Counted from the stretch's first letter, positions 17,634 to 27,348 are shown. The stretch: 35,219 nucleotides of DNA from an uncultured virus (IMG/VR IMGVR_UViG_3300030202_001399) (IMGVR_UViG_3300030202_001399), one strand, 5' to 3'. Notes: generated from the sequence alone by a model not told the origin. Numbers and translations: made by a program.

Positions 17634-18196
17634 TCTTCCACCTCGTTCAATAATCCAGCACTATCGAAGACAATGTATGCTCCGGGGAATTTCCTTTCTA
17701 GGTCTGATATAGGCTCACCATTGCTTATTCCTGCTATGAAAGCAGTTAGGTCTCTATTCTCCCTGTAATCAGAATATGGGTTTTCATAATATTGGTCTTT
17801 GAAGGATTCCATCGCTTGAACCGCTTTTGCATTTTTACTTCCTTGTTGTGGAGCAGTATAACCATCATCATCATCCTCTTCCTTTGTCAATTCAGTATAG
17901 GTATCTGTGAAATAGTGATATACTGTATCGAAGTGTCTTTCTGAAACTGACTTCCTCTGATGTTCTTTAGTTATGTTTAATAGGGCATTTTTATTCTTAC
18001 CTTCCAAATTCTCATCTTTTTGTATGAAGTCAATTATCTTATCACATGTTTCCCATAACTCGTTATCGATTCTATCCATCATAGTACCGTACTCATCTTC
18101 TAAATCCTCTAACTCCTGAAGAAGGTCATATATTTCTCTAGGTAAATTATCTTCCTCATCATTATAGTCCATCTTTATTATGTTAAACCAACTCAT
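17630..18196 (-). CDS. Acidic hypothetical protein with MSWFNIIK leader
   Basis: 188 aa; ATGA-coupled. Confidence 0.75.
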   Translation of the reverse strand: MSWFNIIKMDYNDEEDNLPREIYDLLQELEDLEDEYGTMMDRIDNELWETCDKIIDFIQKDENLEGKNKNALLNITKEHQRKSVSERHFDTVYHYFTDTYTELTKEEDDDDGYTAPQQGSKNAKAVQAMESFKDQYYENPYSDYRENRDLTAFIAGISNGEPISDLERKFPGAYIVFDSAGLLNEVEE

Positions 18197-18522
18197 TTCT
18201 TCTCCTCCTTCTCTCCCTTCGGATATGCTACGCTCCTGATTTGGTCATAGAGCGTTTGATAATCTTTGCGAAGTTCAGCAGCACTTGCGAGTATGTCTAG
18301 GTTCTTCTCACGAAATGACTTCATTTTCTTGGTAAGTCGTTTGTCCGTCTTCACTAAGTCGAGGTCTTCCATCTCCTTGATGACTTCCTCTAATTTTGTC
18401 ATCTCCTGACCCATGTACTCAGTTGGCTGACTTGACTGAAGAAGTTTCTTTATCTTCTTCTTCTGCTTAGGCTCTAGTTTCTCTAGAAACTCAGAGGCTT
18501 TCAGTATCTCCTGCCATGCCAT
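18193..18522 (-). CDS. Hypothetical helical protein with MAWQEILK leader
   Basis: 109 aa; GGAGG upstream. Confidence 0.75.
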   Translation of the reverse strand: MAWQEILKASEFLEKLEPKQKKKIKKLLQSSQPTEYMGQEMTKLEEVIKEMEDLDLVKTDKRLTKKMKSFREKNLDILASAAELRKDYQTLYDQIRSVAYPKGEKEEKK

Positions 18523-18543
18523 GTGTTTGCCTCCTGTGTATGC

Positions 18544-20154
18544 TCAGTTAATGTTAATTGCCCTTGTCTTACCATCTTCTAGTTTAAATTTGAAACTTCC
18601 TACTGTAACTTTAATCAATTGTTTCATCTTTTTATGTGCCTTATCTAACTTCTTCATTGCACTGTCTGTTACCGCATTGTTTCTTAGATTCAAAACCATT
18701 TCTAGAATCTCTTCAATCTTGTCTATTAATACAGGAATCTCTACCACTATGTTGCGATAAGTATCAAACATCTCAGGACTTGCTTGAAAACCTAAGAAGT
18801 CTTTAACAGGTTCTTTTAGTGGTTCATTTCCTTCAGCCTCTCTTGCTGCAACTTCTCCTTCCCATTCCCAATTCAGGTCTTTTGCATCAATGGTAGTTTG
18901 TGGCTGTTTTACTTCTTCAGACTCCTTAATTTTATACTTCTGCTCTAAGGTTATTTGTGCGTCTCTTATCTGTTTTTCAGTTGCTCGTATCTTACTCTTT
19001 ATCTTAGTTCGCTCACGCAATTCCTTTTCACTCATTTTTTTACCACTAATACGTGTTTGGCTTAACTTTTGTTTTAGTTCTTCAAGTAATGACTCACCTG
19101 AATTGATTCTATCCTTCAACTCCTGTATGTTTTTCCCTCTACCTTCTCTAACCTTCTGAGTTTGTCTTTGAGCAGCACTACTTAGATTCTCAAATACTCT
19201 TTTTGCTGCTGCTCTGCTTTCAGGTGTACTAGGTGGGAATTTACCAGTGACAAAATCTAATCTAAGTTTCTTACTCAGTTCTTCTCTAGCCTTTTCCCTT
19301 TCATCATCATCCTCGATATCTTTAGTTTGTTTATCTACTTCTTCTTTGATTCTTCTGTTTACCCAATCAGGGATGCGTATATTGCCTTTGCCGGAGTCTG
19401 CTGATTTGTTAAGTGTTGACTCTTGTACTTCCTTTATTCTATCTAAGGTAAGAACCAACTCTCTGAGTTTTACTAATAATACATCAGGGTCTTCAGGGAG
19501 ACTATCAATGTCTATTCTTTCCGTTTCTGCTAACAGACGATTAATTTGCAGCAATTGCTTTTTATTCATTCTTTTACCACTAAGCAAGCCTCTTGGCATA
19601 TCAGCAGACTCATCAAGGAAATCTCTCAGAACTGCAAGAGACTCTTTACCGTTGTATTTTCTTTCTACCTGAGTATCGAAAGCAGTAGTGTCTCCTGAAA
19701 TTTTTATTCCTAATTCCTCAGCATCTTGATAGAACACTTCCAATAGATTTCTTGGTGCAGTTTTCTGTACGATGCTCTGATAAAAATTATCTATTTTCGT
19801 TTTACTTGTAGTTCTAGGTATAAGATATGACTTGTTAAATTCCTTCATTGTTGTCTGCATACTTGGATTAGTAATATCACCAGTTTTACTGAATTTTTCT
19901 AGAATCTCTTTCCACATTGTAACAGTTCTTGCAGTTTCCAGTTTCTGTTTTTTATCTGCTTCTGCTAGTGCTTCATACTTCTTGCCTTCTTTTTCTTTCT
20001 TTCTTCTATCATCTGCAAGCAGTTGTGTTCCTGTTTTGCCTTCTTTTTCTGAAGGGTCTATTCTTCTACCATCTACTTCTTCGGCTGCTTCTGTGACAGC
20101 ACCCTCATCATCTTCCTTCTTAATACGCAAGATATCCATAAAATCCTGCGCCAT
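18544..20154 (-). CDS. Large coiled-coil K/E-rich protein
   Basis: Probable ATG 20154 (MAQDFMDILRIKK, a variant of the leader); the ORF track starts it at 20169. Confidence 0.75.
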   Translation of the reverse strand: MAQDFMDILRIKKEDDEGAVTEAAEEVDGRRIDPSEKEGKTGTQLLADDRRKKEKEGKKYEALAEADKKQKLETARTVTMWKEILEKFSKTGDITNPSMQTTMKEFNKSYLIPRTTSKTKIDNFYQSIVQKTAPRNLLEVFYQDAEELGIKISGDTTAFDTQVERKYNGKESLAVLRDFLDESADMPRGLLSGKRMNKKQLLQINRLLAETERIDIDSLPEDPDVLLVKLRELVLTLDRIKEVQESTLNKSADSGKGNIRIPDWVNRRIKEEVDKQTKDIEDDDEREKAREELSKKLRLDFVTGKFPPSTPESRAAAKRVFENLSSAAQRQTQKVREGRGKNIQELKDRINSGESLLEELKQKLSQTRISGKKMSEKELRERTKIKSKIRATEKQIRDAQITLEQKYKIKESEEVKQPQTTIDAKDLNWEWEGEVAAREAEGNEPLKEPVKDFLGFQASPEMFDTYRNIVVEIPVLIDKIEEILEMVLNLRNNAVTDSAMKKLDKAHKKMKQLIKVTVGSFKFKLEDGKTRAININ

Positions 20155-20159
20155 CTGAA

Positions 20160-20390
20160 TCATCCCCAAGGGTTGTTTGGTGTTCTTGACCTCTTCTTTT
20201 TAGGCAGTAAAATAGCATCGGGAACATCTCTTGTATCAGGAGATTTCTTTTCCACAGCATTAGGGTCAATACCACCAACAGAATAATCTCTGTTCTTAGT
20301 GGCATTCCTACTGTGGTGAGCATATTGCTCTGCTCTTGCATTCGCTAGTTCCCTTTCTAATTCTTTTACTCCTTTCTTTTCTTCTGTCAT
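20160..20390 (-). CDS. Hypothetical small protein
   Basis: 76 aa; AGGAGG RBS. Confidence 0.65.
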   Translation of the reverse strand: MTEEKKGVKELERELANARAEQYAHHSRNATKNRDYSVGGIDPNAVEKKSPDTRDVPDAILLPKKKRSRTPNNPWG

Positions 20391-20403
20391 TTCTTTTTCC
20401 TCC

Positions 20404-20916
20404 TTAATTTAAATATCCTGAACTTGAATGGTGTTTTAGTTTTTTCAATGCTGCAACTTTTTGTTTGAGTTCTCCTGTAATACGAGTGAACTCTCCCTCA
20501 TCTTTTGCATTTTTTAATTCTTCAGCCAACTCAGAAATATCAACATGTAAATTATGAACATCTTTTATCCTAACGTTAATTTTACGGTCTGGATTCATGT
20601 GGGCAGTAAAATTACTTCCCCGTCCTTGTCCTGCTTTTGTTTTCCCATAAGGATTATCAGGATGAAGGGGGTCATCTAAAATGTAATTCGGAACACCTTC
20701 AGCCTTAACTAAATTATCTATTGCTAATAGAAACTCATCCATAGTTTTCTTCATAGCACCATCTCTTAATGCCTTGAAATCTTTAGCATCGATGTCTCCA
20801 TCCTTGTCTTTGTCGAGTCCTTTCTGTCCTCCAACAAGGGCTTTATCCATCTCTTCTTGTTCAGCCGGGTCAACCATCTTAGGGTCATTCTGTTTAATTA
20901 AATTCCACCAGTTCAT
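20404..20916 (-). CDS. Protein with MNWWNLIK leader and EF-hand-like loop
   Basis: ATG 20916 after GGTGA; DKDKDGDIDAKDF loop. Confidence 0.7.
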   Translation of the reverse strand: MNWWNLIKQNDPKMVDPAEQEEMDKALVGGQKGLDKDKDGDIDAKDFKALRDGAMKKTMDEFLLAIDNLVKAEGVPNYILDDPLHPDNPYGKTKAGQGRGSNFTAHMNPDRKINVRIKDVHNLHVDISELAEELKNAKDEGEFTRITGELKQKVAALKKLKHHSSSGYLN

Positions 20917-20921
20917 CTCTC

Positions 20922-21209
20922 TCACCACAGTTTTTTACATGCTAGGCACTTAGGGGTAGTAATTCTACCTTTACATTGGTCACAGTTATGCCTTGCTCTG
21001 AAATTCTTTCTCCTAGCAGGGTCTTTGTGTGTTCCACCACCACGATTCTTACCCTTTCTCTTGTAATTACCGTAGCCTTTAGCACCAGCATGAATCTTCT
21101 TTCCTTCATGAGTTAGCATCATTATCTTCTTACCATCTCTGTCAGAAGGATAAACAGTGCCAACTCTCATGTCTTTCTTATCTTTCTTAACTACTGTAAA
21201 CCAACTCAT
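20922..21209 (-). CDS. Basic small protein with MSWFTVVK leader, Cys/His-rich
   Basis: 95 aa; KIHAGAKGY...HKDPARRKNFRARHNC...KKLW resembles a widespread viral domain of unknown function. Confidence 0.7.
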   Translation of the reverse strand: MSWFTVVKKDKKDMRVGTVYPSDRDGKKIMMLTHEGKKIHAGAKGYGNYKRKGKNRGGGTHKDPARRKNFRARHNCDQCKGRITTPKCLACKKLW

Positions 21210-21853
21210 TGCGGGCCACCTCTTGTTGTAGGTATTCTTCTCCGTCTAACCTGTCTCTCCTCTCTAGGTTTCAAGAGACTTGCAGGTTGGAATGGTTCTA
21301 GTTTTGCCTTTGGTTGATTCTTTTCATTCGCTTGTTCAATATCATCCTTAAGCCTACTATATGTACCAAGCATGTTTCCATTTACAAATATCTCAGCGTT
21401 GTCAGGAATCTTTTCATTGATGGAAAGTAATTTTTGATAACTAAGTGCATATGGAATACTTCTAGTTCTCAACTTTTCACTATCATCAGGTGCAATGTAT
21501 TTTGGCTGATATCCCTCTCTAAATCTACTCCTTGGGCTTGACATGGGCCTACGAGGATTATATTGTCCACCCTCATACCCTTTCACTTTAGTAACCAATC
21601 TCCTACTCTTCATTGATTTTTCAGGTCTTACAATTCTATTGTTTACCTTTACTCTACCATAGTTGCTTAGTTCTGCATCTTCAACATTAAAGAAAGTCGT
21701 ATTTCTACGAAATTGTGTGAGATATTTCTTGTCAAATTTTTCTCCATTTAATTCATTAGGACTATCAATAAAAATAATTGGATTCTCTATTGTTCCTCCC
21801 TTTGAGTCAACAGGGTCAACAAAAGGCATTTTCAAAATATTAAACCAACTCAT
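21206..21853 (-). CDS. Basic hypothetical protein with MSWFNILK leader
   Basis: 215 aa; coupled to both neighbours. Confidence 0.72.
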   Translation of the reverse strand: MSWFNILKMPFVDPVDSKGGTIENPIIFIDSPNELNGEKFDKKYLTQFRRNTTFFNVEDAELSNYGRVKVNNRIVRPEKSMKSRRLVTKVKGYEGGQYNPRRPMSSPRSRFREGYQPKYIAPDDSEKLRTRSIPYALSYQKLLSINEKIPDNAEIFVNGNMLGTYSRLKDDIEQANEKNQPKAKLEPFQPASLLKPREERQVRRRRIPTTRGGPQ

Positions 21854-22822
21854 CTAACCCCTCCTCTTGAACCAGCCATGAAGACCTTCATCTTTTTCTC
21901 GGCTAAACGTTCCAGCCTTTCTTCTCTTCGGCTTCCCGCCTCTTCTTTTGTAATCCTTACAAGCAGAACAGGTCGGGCGACATCTTCTCTTTGTTCCTTT
22001 TGATGCATCTTTTCTACCACAAGGTTCTGTTCCGGGTTTATCATCATCACAAGAAGCACAACTGACCCAATCTTTCACTAGCATGTCTTCCCAAGATTTT
22101 TTGACATCCCTATCTAAATACGCATCAGCAATTAGAAGCCCTGCTTCCTTTCCAATTTCGATGTCGCTTGGATAATGGTTGCCCATTTTAACTCTTGATA
22201 GTGATATCTTTCCGGCAAGTTTCATCAACTCCTTCTCTTTGTCAGGATACTCCTTACCTAGAATCTTGGCTAATGCATAGGCTTCCATCGCATGACCGCT
22301 TGGAAACGATGGACTATCATCTGTATCCGTTGTAGATTCTATCTTGTCTGAAATTTCATATGGTCTTGGTCTTCCGTATTTTACTTTGAGTTTGATTGTA
22401 TGAATATCAATATCTTCAATCAAATCCTCTCTATCCTCTTTACTCTCACCAACAACCTTCAACATCATCTCGTTGTTATTTTGGTCTAGGTCTTCCATTT
22501 CATCCTCATCAATCTTGTTAGCGTTCATCATAGCGAGAACTTTAGGGAGTTCTTTCTCATTTTCAGGATGCTCATAGTCAGGGAAGTCTACATCGAATGA
22601 AGGCTCAGACTCAAACAGTCTTCTCTTTTCTTCTGATAGATTCTTAGGAGTGTATTTTGATTCTGCTTTTTTGACTGAGTTACCCCAATTAGCAGCACCG
22701 ACTTTTCTACACTGCACTAATGCTCCTGAAGCATAAGCGGAAGGCCACTTTTTGTATCTGCTTCTGACCTTACGATAACAAGCATCTTTCTCTTTCTTTA
22801 ATTCCTCAAACCAAAGAGTCAT
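21854..22822 (-). CDS. PAP2/vanadium-haloperoxidase-family phosphatase flanked by Cys-rich basic mini-domains
   Basis: Three PAP2 motifs KVKYGRPRP, SFPSGH, SRVKMGNHYPSD; leader MTLWFEELKK. Confidence 0.85.
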   Translation of the reverse strand: MTLWFEELKKEKDACYRKVRSRYKKWPSAYASGALVQCRKVGAANWGNSVKKAESKYTPKNLSEEKRRLFESEPSFDVDFPDYEHPENEKELPKVLAMMNANKIDEDEMEDLDQNNNEMMLKVVGESKEDREDLIEDIDIHTIKLKVKYGRPRPYEISDKIESTTDTDDSPSFPSGHAMEAYALAKILGKEYPDKEKELMKLAGKISLSRVKMGNHYPSDIEIGKEAGLLIADAYLDRDVKKSWEDMLVKDWVSCASCDDDKPGTEPCGRKDASKGTKRRCRPTCSACKDYKRRGGKPKRRKAGTFSREKDEGLHGWFKRRG

Positions 22823-22923
22823 GCTTTTTCCTCCAAATATTTTTTTATTCTTTCATCTGTTTCTGCATTGAGTCTGTCTATCTCTTCTTTCCATTTCCTG
22901 ACAAACTCAAGTATGTCGCTCAA
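22819..22923 (-). CDS. 34-aa helical microprotein (not in ORF track)
   Basis: TTG start overlaps the portal stop (TTGA); MSDILEFVRKWKEEIDRLNAETDERIKKYLEEKA*; its stop overlaps the next ATG (ATGA). Fills the gap exactly. Confidence 0.6.
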   Translation of the reverse strand: MSDILEFVRKWKEEIDRLNAETDERIKKYLEEKA

Positions 22924-24548
22924 CCTACTCTCCTCTCAGTCCTTGAATCAACATTCTGATTACCCGCTTCTTGCGGTAATCCTGTGAATCTCTTATCAGG
23001 GCCAGTCTCCATAGATGGTTTGTTTCTAGTTTCACCACCGCCCTGACCTCCCATCAACTGCTGTTCTTGTAACTGACCTAATTGACTTGCATCGATATCT
23101 GTTCCTGCGTATGGGTCAGTTTCCACTTTTTCTTCTCCTCCTTCTTGCTGTGGTGCTTCAGGTTTAGGCTCAGGTTTCTTGAAGGTGAATCTTCCCTCGT
23201 CATCCATGTCAACTTCAAACCCTAGATTTTTAATTGACGCTGCTACGTTAACTTCAATCTCCCTCTTTCGTAATTTAGCAATTTCATCCTCTTCTTCTGA
23301 TGGAGGCAGTTTCAATTCCCAATCGGTAATTCCAAACTCCTTAGTCATAAACGGGAACACATAATTATTCCAAATTGTCTGTGCCATCTCGACTGCTCTG
23401 TTGGTTACAAGTATCTGCATACCCTCGTTATTGAGACCACCGCTTGCAGAGTTGTCTGCCATGAAGATTTTACTTACTCCATAGAAAGCAGCGATTCTAT
23501 CTCTCAAGTCTTCTTTGACTTGTATGTAGTCCATTTCCTTTAGGCTATCCATGAACTTAATCCATTCGATTCCACCTTTACCCTCTCCTTCTATTCCCAT
23601 CACAGGAATGAAGTGTGGGTCTTGTTCCATCTTCTCTTTGACACCACGCCAAAAGGACTTCATGGATTCCATGTTTCTAGTTTGAACAGCAAGTAGTCCT
23701 CTAGGCATTCTTGCCTTGGTGTAAGATGAGTTGACATAGTTCTCCATTGCAATCAGAGTTGTGATATGATTCCAAAGAGTCATGATAGGTGATTGTCCAT
23801 ACAATCTCGAAGGAGCATACTTACTGAAATGAAGCACTTCTCCTTCGATGAATGCTTGTTCTTTCCCATTGGCTCTATTTACATAATGCACTGGATGTAG
23901 TTCAGAACCACATATCTCACAAGAATCACTCATATTTTTACTGATATGTCCTCTATGAGTCAAACAGGTATATCCTTCATTTCCTCTTTCACCATTCTCA
24001 TCAGCATAAATATGCATACTAACAGGGTCTCCTCGATAGACTTCCTTTATTCGATGCATTCTGATATCACCGTTTCCATCTAAGAAGTATTCCTTTACCA
24101 TTACCATGTAGGCATCATCCATGATATTCAAGTCGTCCTCCATTTCTTTGAGAACATCGATGAACATCTGTTCACCTTTGTTTACATGCCCATCTAGTAA
24201 CTTGTGGATGTATTTCAGTTGTTCTCTATCAGGTTTGATTAGATTTGTACTGCCACAATCAACACATTCTGTTACAGCCTGTTTATGTTCTCTCCCACAA
24301 TCACCGCAACGTGCAGTAAACTTTTCTTCCCAAATATATCCTCTTCTGAATATTTCATTCTTCAGTTGTGTAATACAAGTTCTAGCAATCACGGACTGAT
24401 AAGTAACGTGATAAATTATTGGAGCAGTAATCAGATAGGAAGTATCTTTCTCTTGTATGCCCGGATTGTATATCGTTCGGTCTTGTGGCTTCGGTGTTGT
24501 TCTGCGTGTCAAACGCTGAAACAACGAGGGTCTGTTTTCTTCTACCAT
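22920..24548 (-). CDS. Portal protein with Zn-ribbon insertions
   Basis: EVLHF..YGQSPI, MPRGLL, MDYIQVKE..RDRIAAFYGVSKIF are HK97-like portal motifs; near TerL; probable ATG 24548. Confidence 0.88.
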   Translation of the reverse strand: MVEENRPSLFQRLTRRTTPKPQDRTIYNPGIQEKDTSYLITAPIIYHVTYQSVIARTCITQLKNEIFRRGYIWEEKFTARCGDCGREHKQAVTECVDCGSTNLIKPDREQLKYIHKLLDGHVNKGEQMFIDVLKEMEDDLNIMDDAYMVMVKEYFLDGNGDIRMHRIKEVYRGDPVSMHIYADENGERGNEGYTCLTHRGHISKNMSDSCEICGSELHPVHYVNRANGKEQAFIEGEVLHFSKYAPSRLYGQSPIMTLWNHITTLIAMENYVNSSYTKARMPRGLLAVQTRNMESMKSFWRGVKEKMEQDPHFIPVMGIEGEGKGGIEWIKFMDSLKEMDYIQVKEDLRDRIAAFYGVSKIFMADNSASGGLNNEGMQILVTNRAVEMAQTIWNNYVFPFMTKEFGITDWELKLPPSEEEDEIAKLRKREIEVNVAASIKNLGFEVDMDDEGRFTFKKPEPKPEAPQQEGGEEKVETDPYAGTDIDASQLGQLQEQQLMGGQGGGETRNKPSMETGPDKRFTGLPQEAGNQNVDSRTERRVG

Positions 24549-24549
24549 T

Positions 24550-25902
24550 TTATTCATCCTCGTTCTTTACTATTGCTTCGAGTTTATCCATCTCCGACAT
24601 CTTATCATTGTCGTAATATTTTACAACGCTGTCTATGTCGATTTCATACTTTGCGAAATCATAGTTCTTATCATCCTTGTGATTTTCATATTTCATGAGT
24701 TTGAACAGTTCTACCTTTCTAGCATTGTACCAACCTGCTTTCTTATGGCTCTTTTTCATACGAAGTAGTTCTACTAATATCTCAGCATTTTTCTTCTTCA
24801 ATTTGAAATATGGCATACACTTGCTTAGTATTTCACCGACATCTTTCCTAGAGTAGAAATTTAGTCTATTAATTGGTTTAGTATCTTGTGGAGATTTTTG
24901 GTCTAGATGTAGTCTGCCACACCCTAGAGACTTGTGCATCTCTAGCATGAAGGCTTTTCCTCTATCTCCTGTTGCTACCAACCCGACTCTAGGATTGTGG
25001 TTCTTATCCATTGTAATGTAGCCATCAGAGTCAATAAACGCAGCAGTGTAAGCATAGATGTCTTTCTTTATCTCATCACTCATTTTATACAATGCACCAT
25101 CTACAACAGTTACATTCGCAGTACGTGCCATTTTTGAAATCATAGCAGGAGAAGATTTCTTGAATAGATTTTGTGGCAATCTCTCATGTACTTGTCTTGC
25201 TGATATTCCCTGCTCTTCACTGACTAGTTTTACTATGTGTCTTTTGATAAGTTCCTTTGGCCCGATATTTACGATATACTTTCTGATACGACTGTTGACT
25301 GCTCTTTTACTGTTAGTCATCTCTTTTGTTAACTTAGCGTATTCCTCTCCATACGCCATACCATCTCTGTCTAATCGAGATTCCCAATATTTGCAAAGGG
25401 TATCTACTATTTCTCTACGGGTAGACTCGTCATGAATTAAAGATAGTTTGATAATATTCTCTTCTGATAATGTCATATCCTTCAATGCAGATTTGTATTT
25501 CTTAATCCAATATATCTTGTTGATACTTTCATCTAAGTGTGAGGAGTATGCGTCAATTAGATTTTCTATTGATTTGGTTACTGCAATTTTTGGTTCTCCC
25601 TTCAATGTTCTTCGATACATCTTAAGTTCCTTGACCATCATTGGGATATCCTTACCCTCTATCTCATACTTTCTCAAATCATTTCTTATTGCTTTTCTAG
25701 CATCTGAAAGACCAACATTATAATGCTCTGCAAATCTCTTCTCTAATTCAAAATGACTACTCAAGGGTTGTTCCTCTAACCATTGATACTTTGATACATC
25801 AGCCTCAAGTTCAGCAGTGAGAGTTTTCTGTCTCTCTCGGAGTTCTTCTTCTTGGTCAGCGAGTTCTGCCTTTTCCCTGAATTTATCTCCCCTTTCACTC
25901 AT
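24550..25902 (-). CDS. Helical N-domain + winged-HTH + single-motif LAGLIDADG endonuclease-like domain
   Basis: YAYTAAFIDSDGYI (25021-25056) followed by LGCGRL and MPYFKLKKKNAE, I-CreI-like; GISARQVHERL HTH; GAGGTGA RBS. Confidence 0.78.
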   Translation of the reverse strand: MSERGDKFREKAELADQEEELRERQKTLTAELEADVSKYQWLEEQPLSSHFELEKRFAEHYNVGLSDARKAIRNDLRKYEIEGKDIPMMVKELKMYRRTLKGEPKIAVTKSIENLIDAYSSHLDESINKIYWIKKYKSALKDMTLSEENIIKLSLIHDESTRREIVDTLCKYWESRLDRDGMAYGEEYAKLTKEMTNSKRAVNSRIRKYIVNIGPKELIKRHIVKLVSEEQGISARQVHERLPQNLFKKSSPAMISKMARTANVTVVDGALYKMSDEIKKDIYAYTAAFIDSDGYITMDKNHNPRVGLVATGDRGKAFMLEMHKSLGCGRLHLDQKSPQDTKPINRLNFYSRKDVGEILSKCMPYFKLKKKNAEILVELLRMKKSHKKAGWYNARKVELFKLMKYENHKDDKNYDFAKYEIDIDSVVKYYDNDKMSEMDKLEAIVKNEDE

Positions 25903-25911
25903 ACTCTCACC

Positions 25912-27348
25912 TCAAAAATTCATACCCAATACTCCGGGTACACTACGCCGAGTGGTAGTAGGTTCATCAAAGATGTCCAAGTCATCCAGTAAAATAAATT
26001 GATTTCCTGTTCCTTGTGAAGCCGCATTAGCCAATGCCAAACTCATAACTAAATCGTCATGTGCGCCGACTCCCTCGAACTTTCCATTAGCAGTAATTGA
26101 GAACATTGACAGTTCTTCCACCAAAGCACCAGTAAGTCTTCTACTTGCGTTATCACCATACGGCATAATTATCTTCTGATTCTCAATGTTCATCTGAAGA
26201 TTTAGGATTATCTCTTGTTTATTTTTTCTCGTTGTATTGAAGTCTCTGATATTCAAATCGGTCATGCTTTTCAACTCTTGAGTGAAAGCCTTTGCGAAAG
26301 TGTTAGTCTCAAACAGAATCTCTTCAGGCTCAAAGACCTTACCAATCAAACGTATCTTCTCTATGTTTTCCCTGAACTCTATGTTCTTCGCTCTGTCTAC
26401 GTGAACAATTGCTTTGTTCTGCTCATCATCAACTTCTAGAACTGTAATAACATTGTAGTCACCATCAGTAGAAATAGCAGGGTCAACACCAACATAGTAT
26501 CTGTAACCCTTGTCTTTTCTGTTTCCAAGTTTCAGAACATATTCTTTGTTCTTGCACTTCTCTATGAACTCAGGATTGAATAACGCAGTTCCAGTGGAAA
26601 TAGGGACACATAGGTATTCTCTTGTAAACTTGAGAGAACCTATCTCAGCCTTTCTTTGCATTAGAGCATCATAGTCCCAACGCTCAGGCCAAAGCGGTTC
26701 GTTTAATGCATTGAGACAGGGGTATTTCGTTACAGTATATGCTGCATTTTCTTCTAACTGTGCAAAGATATCTGTGTAAGTAAATGGAGTTCCAATCATT
26801 CTGAGTTTGGAAGTGTGATGTAGAGTAGGAATCATGTCACCAAAGAACCAATCAGTAACTCGTTGAATACCTGCAAGACTAAACTCCTTCAAAGGGTCAT
26901 CAATGATAATCTCCTGTGGGTGAAGACCACGAATCTGAGAACCAACGGAACGCTCTAAAATCGCATTGCCGTTGGTAAGTTGAATGTTTCCAATTGCCCA
27001 TCCACGACTAGGCTTGAATTGTTTTAGTGCTGGCAGGTTGAAATACCTGTCAATTTCCCTCATGTGAACGAGTGTCTGTTTTTGGTTAGAAGAAATGTAA
27101 AGCATTTGATATGGTGGTTCTTGAAACACAAGATTCCACACTACCCAACTGTGCATAAACACAGATTTTCCGTGGTCTCTTGAGCAAATAATAACTGTAC
27201 GGTCAGTCTTATCCATTGAGTCTAGCCACTCTTTCATGTACTCAGGATACATCATTCCTAGAACATTCTGAAAGAAATAAGGAAAGGAGTTTTTTGACAG
27301 TTCCATATCCATGCTAGATACGAAATCTAAGTTGTTTATTTCAGGCAC
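25912..27348 (-). CDS. terL: Terminase large subunit
   Basis: Walker A CSRDHGKS, IRGLHP, Walker B IIIDDP, IGTP, nuclease GVDPA and HDDLVMSLALA; probable GTG 27348 (TAGTG overlap). Confidence 0.93.
   Translation of the reverse strand: MPEINNLDFVSSMDMELSKNSFPYFFQNVLGMMYPEYMKEWLDSMDKTDRTVIICSRDHGKSVFMHSWVVWNLVFQEPPYQMLYISSNQKQTLVHMREIDRYFNLPALKQFKPSRGWAIGNIQLTNGNAILERSVGSQIRGLHPQEIIIDDPLKEFSLAGIQRVTDWFFGDMIPTLHHTSKLRMIGTPFTYTDIFAQLEENAAYTVTKYPCLNALNEPLWPERWDYDALMQRKAEIGSLKFTREYLCVPISTGTALFNPEFIEKCKNKEYVLKLGNRKDKGYRYYVGVDPAISTDGDYNVITVLEVDDEQNKAIVHVDRAKNIEFRENIEKIRLIGKVFEPEEILFETNTFAKAFTQELKSMTDLNIRDFNTTRKNKQEIILNLQMNIENQKIIMPYGDNASRRLTGALVEELSMFSITANGKFEGVGAHDDLVMSLALANAASQGTGNQFILLDDLDIFDEPTTTRRSVPGVLGMNF

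Noticed and set aside
11406..22059. Alternate-frame minus ORFs 11406-11606, 20120-20341 and 21850-22059
   Set aside because: They lie almost entirely within better-supported genes and show no motifs.
24550..25902. Intein or group I intron interpretation of the LAGLIDADG ORF
   Set aside because: No splicing motifs (C/S start, HN end) seen; TerL and portal look complete on either side; the gene has its own RBS.
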